A stretch of DNA of 64,000 bases, taken from assembly GCF_006345805.1 (NCBI RefSeq), contig NC_042998.1, positions 195,610,001 through 195,674,000 on the forward strand. Reading direction: 5' to 3'. The DNA is from Octopus sinensis (taxonomy: Eukaryota). The position numbers were made by a program, and so were the translations under genes. Position 1 is the stretch's first letter; each line of letters begins with the position of its first letter. Positions 12,144 to 26,163 of this stretch are shown in pieces. Below the pieces are notes generated by a model that was not told the origin of the DNA, did no database searches, and was given only the letters and a program-made list of their open reading frames with translations.

Positions 12144-12203
<60 letters not shown>

Positions 12204-12860
12204 GTGTCTGCTTATCTATCCATCTACTTATTATCTCTGTGTCTCACTTTATTTCTCTCTCTCTCTCTCTCTTTCTGTCTATCTATCTATCTCTCTGTCT
12301 GACTGTCTCTCTCTCTCGTTTATTTCCCCCTCCTTTCAGATATTCTCCTCCAAGCAGTAAACAATAACTCCTTAAAATATAAAAAAAAAGCAAAACAAAA
12401 GAAGAAAAAAAAACGAAGAATGCTCTGACATCAGAAGATAATGAAATATGTCTTTACGTCAGTTAAGATACGAAGACTATGCGGAAGGCAAAACAACAAC
12501 CACATCACCATCCAAATCAACAACGACAACTGCTGAAAGAGTCTGCAAAGCAAAAACATTTAACACCTACGGGAAAAAAAAAGCAGAAAACAGGTTTTAT
12601 GATAAACATATTACGTATATCGGTCAACGAAGTGTCTCCGCACTTTACGTAGCGACGAAATAACATCAAAGGAGTGAAAATACATTCTTAAGCGGTGACG
12701 AACTAAAGAAAATACTGTTTCGTTTTATGAAGAGATATTTGTTTCTTGTGGCTTTGAAACAAATTAACACCTACGCCGAATATGACGTAGTTGCTACCGA
12801 ATTAAGTGCTATACCTGTGAATCTCCGTCGATTTCGATGATGTGTCGTATCCAGTTGTTC

Positions 12861-13245
12861 GATCACCTGGACAAATTGCTTTAAGATGCCACGGTTGTGA
12901 AGTTCACACCTTAACCCAGTGGTTTGATCACCTGAACAAATTGCTTAAGATGCCACGGTTGTGAAGTTCACACCTTAACCCAGTGGTTTGATCACCTGAA
13001 CAAATTGCTTAAGATGCCACGGTTGTGAAGTTCACACCTTAACCCAGTGGTTTGATCACCTGAACAAATTGCTTAAGATGCCACGGTTGTGAAGTTCACA
13101 CCTTAACCCAGTGGTTTGATCACCTGAACAAATTGCTTAAGATGCCACGGTTGTGAAGTTCACACCTTAACCCAGTGGTTTGATCACCTGAACAAATTGC
13201 TTAAGATGCCACGGTTGTGAAGTTCACACCTTAACCCAGTGGTTT
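12861..13245. repeat. Minisatellite, 6 x 64 bp
   Basis: Unit GATCACCTGAACAAATTGCTTAAGATGCCACGGTTGTGAAGTTCACACCTTAACCCAGTGGTTT starts at 12861 (65-bp variant), 12926, 12990, 13054, 13118 and 13182; the last five are identical. Confidence 0.97.
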
Positions 13246-13437
13246 TCAACCAGGGTTCCGCCAGTACAGTCCAGGGGTTCCGCAAGAAGTTACAAAACTG
13301 CTAAAATCGGCAGTAATTTTTAATTCTCCTGTGCAGATATGTGTGCATAAGACCATTAAATTATTGCACAGGGGTTCCTCGAGCCAGTGGAATGTTTCCT
13401 TGGGGTTCCGCTCCAGCAAAAAGTTTGAAAAGCACTG
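13237..13437. mobile_element. hAT MITE, 201 bp
   Basis: TIRs CAGTGGTTTTCAAC / GTTTGAAAAGCACTG; perfect 8-bp TSD CCTTAACC (13229-13236, 13438-13445). Confidence 0.88.
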
Positions 13438-13885
13438 CCTTAACCAATCGGTTACTACACTACGGTAAATTATATCACGTTACATCATAGAATGGCTGGC
13501 CACTGCCTCGGTTACGACGACGTGTGTTCCAGGTGATCTGGTCAGCAGAACAGCCTGCTCGTGAAATTAATGTACAAGTGGCTGAGTACTCCAAAGACAT
13601 GCTTAGCCTTAACGTAATTCTCACGGAAATTCAGCGTGACACACCGAATGTGACAAAGTTGGTTCATTGAACTGGAGCGATGTGAAATAAAGTATCTTCC
13701 TCAAGGTGATAAAGCGCCGCTAGGACTCGAACTCCCAACCTTACGAGCGTGGGATGCATGTACTAACCACTAAGCCACGCGCCTTCAACATCATACTGTA
13801 CATAATTACAATACATAAGTAGTCTACACTTATACTCTTCACGATTTCATACAGAATCTAAAGCCTCCGCTATATTTTATTAACG

Positions 13886-14190
13886 ACTAGCAGTATCGCC
13901 CGGCGTTGCCCGGGTTTGTAAGGGAAATAACTATATAAGCATTTTTAGAGAGTTACTTCCCTTATATAAACCGAGCAAAAATCATTAAAAATGCGGAAAA
14001 ATGATGGTAAATTTTTTTTAAATCGTAGACTCATCGTAGACGCACGCTAATACCCAGAAGGGCTCGATATGAATCACGACTATAAGATACCCGCTTTTGG
14101 TTAAACTGCACCGCAAAATGTGGGAGTAGTTAGGAATCTAAATCGGAGTAGACAAACACACACACAACTTTAGTTTTATATATAAAGATG
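13886..14190 (+). mobile_element. Helitron/Helentron-like non-autonomous element, copy 1
   Basis: 5' ACTAGCAGTATCGCCCGGCGTTGCCCGGG hairpin; 3' (CA)n..TTTTATATATAAAGATG. This architecture resembles Lep1/DINE-type elements. Confidence 0.65.
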
Positions 14191-14610
14191 AAGGCGGCGA
14201 GCTGGCAGAAACGTTAGCACGCCGGTTGAAATGCGCAGCCGTATTTCGTCTGCCGCTACGTTCTGAGTTCAAATTCCACCGAGGTCGACTTTGCCTTTCA
14301 TCCTTTCGGGGTCGGTTAAATAAGTACCAGTTACGCACTGGGATCGATATAATCGACTTAATCCGTTTGTCTGTCCTTGTTTGTCCCCTTCTGTGTTTAG
14401 CCCCTTGTGGGCAGTAAAGAAATAGGTATTTCGCCTGCCGCTACGTTCTGAGTTCAAATTCCGCCGAGGTCGACTTTGCCTTTCATCCTTTCGGGGTCGA
14501 TAAATTAAGTACCAGTTACGCACTGGGATCGATATAATCGACTTAATCCGTTTGTCTGTGCTTGTTTGTCCCCTCTGTGTTTAACCCTTTGTGGGTAGTA
14601 AAGAAATATA
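14191..14610 (+). mobile_element. SINE family B dimer
   Basis: Head + body + body joined at GAAATAGGTATTTCG. Confidence 0.85.
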
Positions 14611-14684
14611 TATATTTTATTAACGTTACTCATTAAGTCTAAGTTTCTTACTCACTTCAAAGGTTATTCCGTGTATACTACGCA

Positions 14685-15200
14685 CATCTATATATATAAA
14701 ACTGTAGTTGTGTGAGTGTCTGTCCCCTTCGATTTAGATTCCTAACTACTCCCACATTTTGCGGTGTAGTTTAACCAAATTCGGGTATCTTATAGTCGTG
14801 ATTCATATCCTGCCCGTCTGAGTATTAGCGCGCGTCTACGATGAGTCTACGATTTTAAAAATAATTTACCATCATTTTTTATTCCATTTTAATGCATAAT
14901 TTTTCGTGTGTCGATGGCGGCGGAGTTGGCGTCCATGGTCACACCTGCACCTGTTTGCTTCTCCCCCTTCTTCCCTCCCTCGTGAAGCTGTGGGGAAGGG
15001 AGTGTAAGGAAATCAACATCGTAATGCGTTGTCAAGGAGACCAGCGTTCTTTTAGAACAACGACTTCATGGCTTGAAGACACCAAAACAGAAATGGCTAA
15101 GAAAGCCCGAATTGGCATCTATAAGGGAAGTAACTCTCTAAAAATGCTTATATAGTTATTTCCCTTACAAACCCGAGCAACGCCGGGCGATACTGCTAGT
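14685..15200 (-). mobile_element. Helitron/Helentron-like element, copy 2 (inverted, longer internal segment)
   Basis: Reverse complement of 13886-14190 at both ends, with roughly 200 bp of extra internal sequence. Confidence 0.65.
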
Positions 15201-16886
15201 TTTTCATAAAATTCAAGATTAAAATCGGGAGCACATAAGATGTGTATTATGAGGTTAATCAATAAATATATATTACAAAGACAAGTCAATATAATGTTCT
15301 TTGTCATTATGTAGTGACAAAACAATGTCGACTGAAGAAAAAAAGTACTTAGGTGGTGATTAGTGGAAAATATAAAGGACACTGATAAGCTTATATTGCT
15401 TTTTGTGGCCTTGAAACATAATTTAGCACCCACTTCAAGTACAACAAAGCAATATTGCTATTAGGTTTTAAGTGCTATATTAAAGGACCTCCGTCGGTTT
15501 CGATGATTTGTCGTATTCAGTTGTTCGATCAACCGAACCATTTGCTCATTGAATTAACATCTGTGTGACTGAGTATTCCAGAAATACATTTACCCTTAAT
15601 GTGATTGCCATAGAGGAAGAGAGAGAGAGAGAGAGTCGATGTTCCACAATTATTGACGAAGCCGGGCCTTTGAATTACGAATGAAATCCATTCTATGGGC
15701 TTCCACACAGTTTCCGCCAAGCCAGTTTCATTCACAAGGATTGCGCCGAGGAGAGACTGCAATGGCTCAAGGCCAGCAATTTATTTTGAATCCCAGCTCT
15801 TGACTGGTACTTTATTTTATCGATCCATAAAGAAAGAAAGTGAAAGTTGATCTCGGCTGGATTTGAACTCAGGACATAGCGTCAGAATAAATACCATAAA
15901 GTATTTTTCTCGACGCTCTAACGATTCTACCAATAGTTTCTGATTTAGGCTCAAGTCCAGCAATTTAAGAGAGACGGTAATAAGTCGATTTATTCACCCA
16001 GCTTCTAGACTGGTGTTTAAATGATGCAGGTCGTTATGAGCCACCTAATATGACTCTCAAAAGGCTGTAATTTCGTTGGTAGTAAACCCAGATGAAAAAC
16101 ATATACAAGCGAGGCTGTAACTTAAATACATTTATTGTGGCCACACGTATATAGACATTGGAATGATAAAAGGAATGGTTGCTGTGTAAAGGCCATGGTC
16201 TTCTGTGCTATACTCCTGTCTGCTAGCTGGTGGGTGTTGAGAGAAGCTAGATCACATCTTTACAGTTCGAGGTCCCAGTGCAGAAAGAGATAAGGTCACG
16301 TTTCTGAACCTTAATGTTGTGTAACGCCCTCTATCTCTGTATAGCCAGCATGTTTACCGCTGTCAAGGGAGGTAATGCTCCTATAGGTACTTCATTTAGT
16401 TTATCGACCCCGAAAGGATGAAAGGCAAACCTCAATCGGAATTTGAACGCTGAATGTAAAAAGTTGGAAGAAATGCTGTCCGACACTCTAACGATTCTGC
16501 TGCTCGCCGCCCTTAAAATGGTTTCAAACTTTGGCACAAGGCCAGTAACTTCAGCGGGAGAATAAGTCGATTACATTGACTCCGGTGCTTAACTAGTACT
16601 TCGTTGATCGACTCCGAAAGGATGAATGGTAAATTGATCTCAGCAGCATTTGAACTCAGAACGTAAAGAGCTGGAAGAAATGCTGCTATGCATTTTATCC
16701 GGTAACATTTCTGCCAGCTCACCGCCTTTGATGAGAGGTTACGGTTATAAAAAAAAAAAAGTGTTCAAGCTGCGATGCAGAGGAATCGAAACCAGAATGT
16801 CATGAGTCTGAAGTGCACTCCTTAGCCATTCGGCCACAATTACCTCATCACACTACTGTTAATAACACAGCATTATGATACTGATT

Positions 16887-16962
16887 CACTTCACTGACTC
16901 TGACTCACTTCACTGACTCTGACTCACTTCACTGACTCTGACTCACTTCGCTGACTCTGATT
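16887..16962. repeat. Minisatellite, 4 x 19 bp
   Basis: Unit CACTTCACTGACTCTGACT. Confidence 0.9.
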
Positions 16963-18284
16963 CACTTTACTATACCTGTTTCTTTATTACCCACAAGGGG
17001 CTAAACATAGAGGGGACAAACAAGGACAGACAAACGGATTGAGTCGATTATATCGACCCCAGTGCGTAACTGGTACTTAATTTATCGACCCCGAAAGGAT
17101 GAAAGGCAAAGTCGACCTCGGCGGAATTTGAGCTCAGAACGTTGCGGCAGACGAAATACGGCTACGCGTTTCGCCCGGCGTGCTAACGATTCTGCCAGCT
17201 CGCTTTACTATGCCTCCACCAGATTTCTTTGGCAGTAGTAATGTCTGCAACTTTCTCACTGCCGACGTTTTTTAATCACTGGAATACTTAATGTATAATA
17301 CGCAGTTTTTCTTCAGTATTAAAATTAGGGATGCGTAAACCATAAGAGTAAATTATACCAAAACCGGGCACTTGAGATAACTTTCAGCTGGGCGAACGCT
17401 ACAGATCAGTTGAGCAGCCTATGAAAATGAACAGCTCAGTTTTGAATGAGAACGTTTCTGAAATCTCGCTTCATGAAAACAATTCAGGAGTAGTATGAGA
17501 TGTTTAAATTGTATATTAATGACATTTGAACGTACAAGTTTAAGTTGGACTAAAGTGGTACCATCTGGATAAAACTAGGTAGTGGTTTGCTCGTATGATT
17601 GCTAGAATGTTTGAAGTGCCTAAAGTGCTCGAAATGTGGCGAGTAGTTGAAATAAGTTAATGGTTGACGTCCCGAGAAATATCAAGGATGTAATGGATTG
17701 ACAAAGGATAGGTTTGAAGATGATAAAGATGTCAATGATGTTTAGAGTATCAAGGCGGCGAGTTGGCAGAAACGGTGGCATGCCGGGCGAAATGCTTAGC
17801 GGTATTTCTACGTTCTGAGTTCAAATTCCGCCGAGGTCGACTTTGCCTTTCATCCTTTCGGGGTCGATAAATTAAGTACCAGGTGCGTACTGGGGTCGAT
17901 CCAATCGACTGGCCCCTACCCTAAAAATTTGGGGCTTTGTGCCTAGAGTAGAAAAGAATGATGTTTAGAGTATCTGAGTATCCTTATTGGTTAGGGATGC
18001 ACGAAGAGAATAAAACTGCATCTTAATCTAACGCTCGAAATGCGGAGTAGATAAAACAGGGGACAACTGATGAAGGGATTGTTCTTTATGTTGCCTGTCT
18101 CGTTTCTCTATTTGTTTCTTTCGTTGTTCAAAAAAAATTCGTTTTCCATGTTTTTGTAATTCATGTTCTCATTTTTCATGTTGTTTACCTTTTTTGACGT
18201 CCTGTGCCCATATATGCATGTGTATATACATATATATGTAAGTATGTACATGTATGTATATATGCATATATATATTATATATAT

Positions 18285-18374
<90 letters not shown>

Positions 18375-18841
18375 AGTTAATACCTAACTGGACTCATATC
18401 TTTTTTCCTCATAAGGATAAATATGAATCTCTTAGATCCTATTCTGCTATTTCCTTTCTCAGGCCCTTTGTAAAAATTTTGTTTATACTTCTTGCACCGA
18501 AGAGTACAGTGATATATAATTAATTTAATTTAATTTAATTAATCTAATTATTTCTTTTCAACCATGAATTTGCATGATTTTTATATGGCTGTACGAAACG
18601 ATCGTTTGTATGAATTTAAACTATCTTATATATTTTAACACCTTCTCTCTCTCCAATTTTAATAAAATTGTTGAGTTTTATGGGATTTCTTTCCATAAAT
18701 TCTCATAACACACCATATACAAGCATGATTTTCATATTCGCAAATTTACGCCAGTAAGCTACCACCAAAATATGAAGAATCAATATTAGAAAGTTTTTGT
18801 TTTTGGAAGCCTCCAAATTGAAGGGCGAATCTAATTCAACC

Positions 18842-18877
<36 letters not shown>

Positions 18878-20647
18878 ACACACACACACACACATGTATG
18901 TATGTATGTATGTATGTATGTATGTATGTATGTATGTATGTATGTATGTATGTATGTATGTGTGTATATACGTACGTATGTATGTATATAATATATGCGC
19001 ACGCGCGCGCGTGTGTATGTATATATGTGTATATATATACATATATATATATCTGTGTGTGTGTGGTGTAAAACAGTACACCGCTTATGTTTGTTTATAA
19101 CCCTGTCAGTCCAGCGGCCTTGTTTCATTGTGCAAATTGAGTTCGTGCTTAGGTACATATTTACATTCTAATTAGTTGCTTTTAATTATTATCACCGACA
19201 GTTTGATGTTTGTGGAGGTGAGTGAATACTGATCAGTTGATAAATAACAAAAACACAGATAATTCGATTCTCATCCCAAACAGTTGCCCAAACATATGAG
19301 GACCTAAATGGCCAGCAACACTAAATATAAAACACTGCATATCTACTCATTTCTGACTATTAAGTTGTTTGCTGTCCTAATTTCATTTGAGATTATAAAA
19401 TATTAGTAATATATTGGTTTCAAATTTTGCCACAAGGCCAGCAATATCAGGGGAACAGGTAACTCAGTTACATCGACCCCAGTACTCAACTTCTACTTAT
19501 TTTAACGACCCCAAAAGGACAAAAACTAAAATCGACCTCGGCGGAATTTGAACTCAGAATGTAAAGACGGATAAAATGTCGCAAAGCATTTTGCCTGGCG
19601 TGCTAATGATTCTACCAACTAGCCGCTTTTAATATATATTTCTTTACTACCCACAAGGGACTAAACACATTGGGGACAAACAAGGAGAGACAAACGGATT
19701 AAGTCGATTACATCGACCCCAGTGCGTAACTGGTACTTAATTTATCGATCCCGAAAGGATGAAAGGCAAAGTCGACCTCGGTGGAAATTGAACTCGGAAC
19801 GTAACGACAGACGAAATACGGTTACGTATTTCGCCCGGCGTGCTAATGTTTCTGCCAGCTCGCCGCATTCTGGCCGCTTTTAATATATTAATGTCAGACA
19901 TACCCACTCCTGACTTTGTTTCCTCATAACTTCCAGAAAAACGGATATTTCTTAATGAAATTTTCTACAAATATGCTTCGTTGATGTAAATTTCGGTTAT
20001 ATCGCACTTTGTTGTGAAAACGTTTTTCCGAGGGCAGAAAGAGGAGCTTTGAAAAATCCACATGGGTCGTCTTTGTTTCCACATAACTTTTCGAAAGAAG
20101 GATAATTTCAATGAAATTTCCTATGAAACCTTTCTGACTAGGTGTATCACGATTATATCGGAATTTAACATGAGAAAAAAAAAGAAAATTGGTGGCCTCA
20201 CACTCATACAGACTGACACACATCACAAGATGAAACGTGAAATTTCGAAACAAAATTGTGATATGTATCAGTATGTATGTGTGCTAAACCACCTTTCCCC
20301 ACCCCACCCCACCTTTCTCACATTAAATTCCGATGTAATCATAATCTACACCATTTGAAAGATTTATGTAGGAAACTGCATTAAAAGATATCCATTTCTC
20401 TGAAAGTTGTCAGAAAACAAAGTTGACATTTATGACTTTTAGAATCTCCCCTCTCCGCACTCGGAAAAATCTTTTTTGTAGCAAATTCTGATATAATCAG
20501 AATTTGCATCAACTAAAGCATATTTGTAAAATAAATTTCATTAAAGAAACATCCATTTTTCTGAACATTATTAAGAAACAAAGTCGATTGGATATACTTG
20601 TGTAGGTAAGCCTAATGTGATAGATCCTATAGACGCTAAACCACACA

Positions 20648-20693
<46 letters not shown>

Positions 20694-21033
20694 GACTCCC
20701 GCCACGCACAAAAAAAAGGGATCCCCGTCACACACAAAAAGGACCCATATCATTAAACAAATCAGAGTCGGTGGGCGACGAACAATGGAAGAAGGGAGAT
20801 AACTGCAACGATACTGATGTATTCCGCTTCTGATCTGAAATGATGGAGGATACTGTATTGTGCTTCAGCCCCAAGTCGGCCCTGAACGAGGAGACGTATA
20901 ATAAATAAAAGGCTCCCCAGGCATGACTGTTCCGTCTTTCTACATACATATACTTACTTATTTCGCACGGAGTAAAATGGCATCACCTGAGTAAGAATAC
21001 ATAGTACCGTTCATGGTAAGTTACTATTGAATA

Positions 21034-21441
21034 AAGGCGGCGAGCTGGAAGAAGCGTTAGCACGCCGGGCGAAATGCTTAGCGGCATTTCGTCTGCTGCT
21101 ACGTTCTGAGTTCAAATTCCGCCGAGGTAGACTTTGCCTTTCATCCTTTTCGGGGTCGATTAGATAAGTACCAGTTACGCACTGGGGTCGATGTAATCGA
21201 CTTAATCCGTTTGTCTCTCCTTGTTTGTCCTCTCTGTGTTTAGCCCCTTGTGGGTAGTAAAGAAATAGGTATTTCGTCTGAGTTCAAATTCCGTCGTGAT
21301 CAATTTTGCTTTTCATCGTTTCAGGGTCAATAAATTAAGTACCAGTTACGCACTGGGGTCGATATAATCGACTTAATCCGTTTGTCTGTCCTTGTTTGTC
21401 CCCTCTGTGTTTAGCCCCTTGTGGGTAGTAAAGAAATAGGT
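21034..21441 (+). mobile_element. SINE family B dimer
   Basis: Same head + body + body structure and junction. Confidence 0.85.
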
Positions 21442-21880
21442 AAGTTACTATTAAATCAACAGTTGTGTAGCATTTGTCAAGATTACATTGTTGATCTTGA
21501 TATGGAACGAAGTGAGACTAACATATTGATTAATAAGTTTTATTAATCGATTATTTTTTTCCTTTGAGTGTTTGATACACCATACGTATGCTAGATAGAG
21601 TCTCAAGCCAGTAGAAAAGCCCACTTGAGAGAACAGGTGCTGGCAGAACAATTTTGAAGTAACGTAGCCAAAAGTGCCCGTTCCAGAGGACAATAAACTT
21701 CAGAGCACCATCAGGTGGAAATTTAGACTTTTTTCTCGTGAAGTGTGGAGACTAGCAGACCTTAACTACAATCTGCCATACGGCTATTAGGACATATGCT
21801 TTATGGATACATTTGAAAACAGTGCAGTACACACCGGGGCGAAGGCCGGGTGACCACTTGTATGTATGTATGTATGTATG

Positions 21881-21911
<31 letters not shown>

Positions 21912-22652
21912 GTATGTATGTATGTATGTATGTATGTATGTATGTATGTATGTATGTGCGTATTTGTATATATATATCAAAATAAGCAACAGGATATCAA
22001 GAAGTGATGCAGTACGACCGTTTCAAGCGACTCCATTTAATTGAACAATGCAATCATGACATCAATTTTAATGCCGTGCCATCATCAGCTGCAAAATAAA
22101 TAGTATTTTAACCAGTTGGACACATTAATAAAATTTTTCTCAAATACTGCAACAAAGCAAGAAGATGGAAAAAATTCATGTTGTCGCTATTGTAGCAAAG
22201 GATAGACTATTCTTCTACTAAAATGACAGAAACAAGTAAAAGAGTAAAACGATAGTAAAAGAATATATGTGTGTGTGTATGTATGTATGTATGCATGAAG
22301 GTATATATGTATATATGCATGTATGTATGTATGTATGTATGTATGTATGTATGTATGTATATATGTATATATGTATATATGCATGTATGTATGTATGTAT
22401 GTATGTATGTATGTATGTATGTATGTATGTATGTATGTATGTATGTATGTATCTATCTATCTATCTATCTATATGTATGTCTGTGTGTATGTATATGTAT
22501 ATGTGTGTGTGCGTGTGTATGTCTGTCTGTGTCTGTCTGTGTGTCCGTCTGTGTGTGCGCGTGTGTGTATGTATATATACATACATATATGTGTGTATAT
22601 ATATATATTATATATTATTTATTATACACACATACTCACACACATATATGTG

Positions 22653-22687
<35 letters not shown>

Positions 22688-23831
22688 ATCAGGTCAAGCG
22701 ACCATGTAGCGACCCTTTCCTTGTCTTGCTCTGGATGTGTTTTCGCTGTTATGTAATGGCTGAGTCCGTCATGATTAGTCGTGACCACTTCACCTTGTAT
22801 TTTGACGTAATATATCTATTATGTGTGTGTTTGCTGCTTGTGTGTGTGCGCACATGCGTGTGTGCGTGCAAAATCCAGTCAAGGTAATGTGTTCCCTGTC
22901 ATTATGTAGCGACGGAACGATATCGAATGAAGAAAAACAATTAAGGTCACTGATAAATATTAAGGTCACTGATAAACTAATACAGTTTCTTGCGGCCTTG
23001 AAATGTAAATCAGCACCCACCTGGAATATAACAAACAATATTGCCGGTTAAATTAAGGGCTGTAATGGATCTCCGTCGGTTTCAGTGATGTGTCGTATTC
23101 AATTGTTCAGTCAACTGAACTATTTTCCCATTGAATTAACATCTATTCTCTTTACTCTTTTACTTGTTTCAGTTATTTGACTGCGGCCATGCTGGAGCAC
23201 CGCCTTTAATCGAGCAATTCGATCCCGGGACTTATTCTTTTGTAAGCCCAGTACTTATTCTATCGGTCTCTTTTGCCGAACCGCTAAGTAACGGGGACAT
23301 AAACACACCAGCATCGGTTGTCAAGCAATGCTGGGGGGACAAACACATTTGATCATTATAAACAAATCATCTATGCAGATTGTTCAGCAAGAAATTTCGA
23401 AAGCCTGTGTATGTTATACTGTACTCTTTTACTTGTTCCAGTCATTTGACTGCGGCCATGCTGGAGCACCACCTTTAGTCGAGTAAATCGACCCAGGGAC
23501 TTATTCTTTTTGCCGAACCGCTAAGTTACGAGGACGTAAACACACCAGCATCGGTTGTCAAACGATGTTGGGGGGACAAACACAGACACACACACATACA
23601 TATATATATATATACATATATACGACGGGTTTCTTTCAGTTTCCGTCTACCAAATCCACTCACAAGGCTTTGGTCGGCCCGAGGCTATAGTAGAAGACAC
23701 TTGCCCAAGGTGCCACGCAGTGGGACTGAACCCAGAACCATGTGGTTGGTAAGCAAGCTTCTTACCACACAACCACTCCTGCGCCTATGTAAGGTATGAT
23801 GTAGTAACGTTTACTACATATTATGGCAGTG

Positions 23832-24156
23832 CAGTGGTTCCCAACCATTTTTTACCTATGGACCCCTTTGACTACTAATTCGGTAGGGTGGACCCTATTT
23901 AAAAACTAGTTTTATAGAAACTTCTTTCAAAATCCCTATTTTGTTTTTCTCACATTAACTTGTGTCGGTCGAAATATGTAAAATGTTAGAAAAAGAAACC
24001 TAGCTGTTTCAGGTAATGCATACCAATATATACATCTAAAGCAACATTTTTTTCAGGAGCCCTTAAAATACTATTGTGGATCCCTAATTTACTGTTGCCA
24101 CCAAAATCTTACATAGACCCTCAAGGGCCATATGGACCCCGGTTGAGAACCCCTTG
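23832..24156. mobile_element. Older hAT MITE
   Basis: Imperfect TIRs CAGTGGTTCCCAACC / GGTTGAGAACCCCTTG; TSD decayed. Confidence 0.6.
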
Positions 24157-25061
24157 TGTAGTGTATGACGTAATGTAATATATCGTATTTTTACGTGTAT
24201 AAGGACCCTTCTTTTTGTCAAAAATTAGGTTTAAAAATATGGCAGTTTCTTATACGTGGATGATATTACAATCCCTTACAAAACTTTTTTTTCCAAATTT
24301 TAAGCCACCACCCCCTCCCAAAAGAAATTAGGGGTTCCTTTGACACGTTAAAATAACATATTATAGTGTGATGTAAGATTTAATATTTGTAGCGACATGA
24401 ATCATTTTATTGACGGTTGTAAATGCATGACTGATTCTACTTTTTCTTCTTTTCTTTTCTTTTTTATAACATGTTGCTGCTGAAGATGACTTCATTCGAC
24501 ACGACGACAAGGATATTTTTCAATGTCTCTTGTCATGTGTGTGTCCGGGATGAGGTCGAATGTAGGACGTCAGTGTGTGGAATTTCAGGAGTGTGCGCTG
24601 CTGTCGGATATGAACCCAATAAATACAGAATTAAAAGTGTGGGAGAAAACGAGAGCTTAAAGTACATAGGTGAAAGAAAGCATTCAAACGGAACCCTGAC
24701 AGGAAATATTGATCTTTGCCATGAAAGTCTATGGAGTCCCCTGCGGTGATGTCGTAGTGGTAGTGGTTGTGGTGGTGGTGGTGGTGGTGATGGAGGTTAT
24801 TAATCTCCCAGTTAGTTATGGTAGTTGATAACCATCCGATAGACCTAGTGGCTACTGATAGTGATTGCTGACTTCTTCCAGCGAAATCAATTTCGTTTAC
24901 TTTTTGTTGTTAAGTTTCTTATGTGTAAAATAAGGTAACACAGGTGAAGTACAACTGATAACCTGACTCGGACTACGAACCTGTTTTTTATATTGGAACG
25001 TTTCATATCAATTCTCTTGCATAGGGTCGAGTCGTTCTTTTTAGTTGTGTCTTTGCAAATA

Positions 25062-25576
25062 CCGTAAATCCTCGAGTATAGTCCGCCCTTGAGTATAATA
25101 CACAGAGAATTTTTAGGGGGCTGTAACTCTGAAAAACCTAAACCTTGTGTATAATATGCACCCTTTCTCTAACTTGAGTCAAGGAGGTCTATATAACGTC
25201 CTTGGTGTAAAACTGTGTGTACGGTAAAGTCCTTTATTATTATTGTATATATAACATAATGCAAACGTGTAGCTTTTTTGTGCATTTTGTTTGCAGAAAA
25301 TAAAGAAATAACAGTAATAACGTTTAATAAATGTTGCTTACTGCAAGTTATGGATGATTCTTTTATGACTTCATTGCTTTCAGGCTTAGCTTAAGGTATT
25401 TTCGCGCCCGACATCACAAAATGTGTCTGAATAAACATTGCCGGACAACAAATAGAGACTCGGACATTGCTTAGAAAATATTTTTCATTTTTAACCTCGT
25501 ATATAGCACGCACTAGGGATTTTGACCTTTAAATTTTTAGGGGGAAAAAGTGCGGATCATACTCGAGGATTTACGG
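25062..25576. mobile_element. Tc1/mariner-superfamily (Tc2/pogo-like) MITE, 515 bp
   Basis: TIRs CCGTAAATCCTCGAGTAT / ATACTCGAGGATTTACGG with TA on both sides. Confidence 0.85.
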
Positions 25577-25769
25577 TACTAATTGCCTCTGTAATTTGTT
25601 TTTGTAATGTCCTCTCAACTGTCCCTCTCCATCATCATCATCTTCATCATCATCATCATCATCATCATTATTACCACCACCGCCATTATTCTTTTTAACT
25701 CAGGCTTTGTTGGAACTCCTGGAGTCTTGTATGCGTACAGAGCTTGCTACCTGCTGCCTACGGTACCAT

Positions 25770-26012
25770 ACTCTTTTACTCTTTTACTTGTTTCAATCAT
25801 TTGACTGCGGCCATGCTGGAGCACTGCCTTTTGTCGAGCACATCGACCCCAGGACTTATTCTTTGTAAGCCTAGTACTTATTCTATCGGTCTCTTTTGCC
25901 GAACCGCTAAGTTACGGGGACGTAAACACACCAGCATCGGTTGTCAAGCGATATTAGGGGACAAGCAGATATACAAACACATACACACACACACACGCAC
26001 ATATATATATAT

Positions 26013-26072
<60 letters not shown>

Positions 26073-26078
26073 TATATA

Positions 26079-26163
<85 letters not shown>

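Noticed and set aside
12861-13245. CRISPR-like appearance of the 64-bp array
   Set aside because: Units are contiguous and identical with no unique spacers, no cas genes are present and the context is eukaryotic; it is a minisatellite.
17995-18080. Second possible hammerhead (GAAGAG..CTCGAAA; CTGATGAAGG at 18067)
   Set aside because: Core boxes are incomplete or in the wrong order and there is no convincing stem II; CTGATGA at 61351 likewise lacks a stem.
24471-24749. 92-aa ORF in unique-looking sequence
   Set aside because: No motif, signal peptide or homology that I can recognise.
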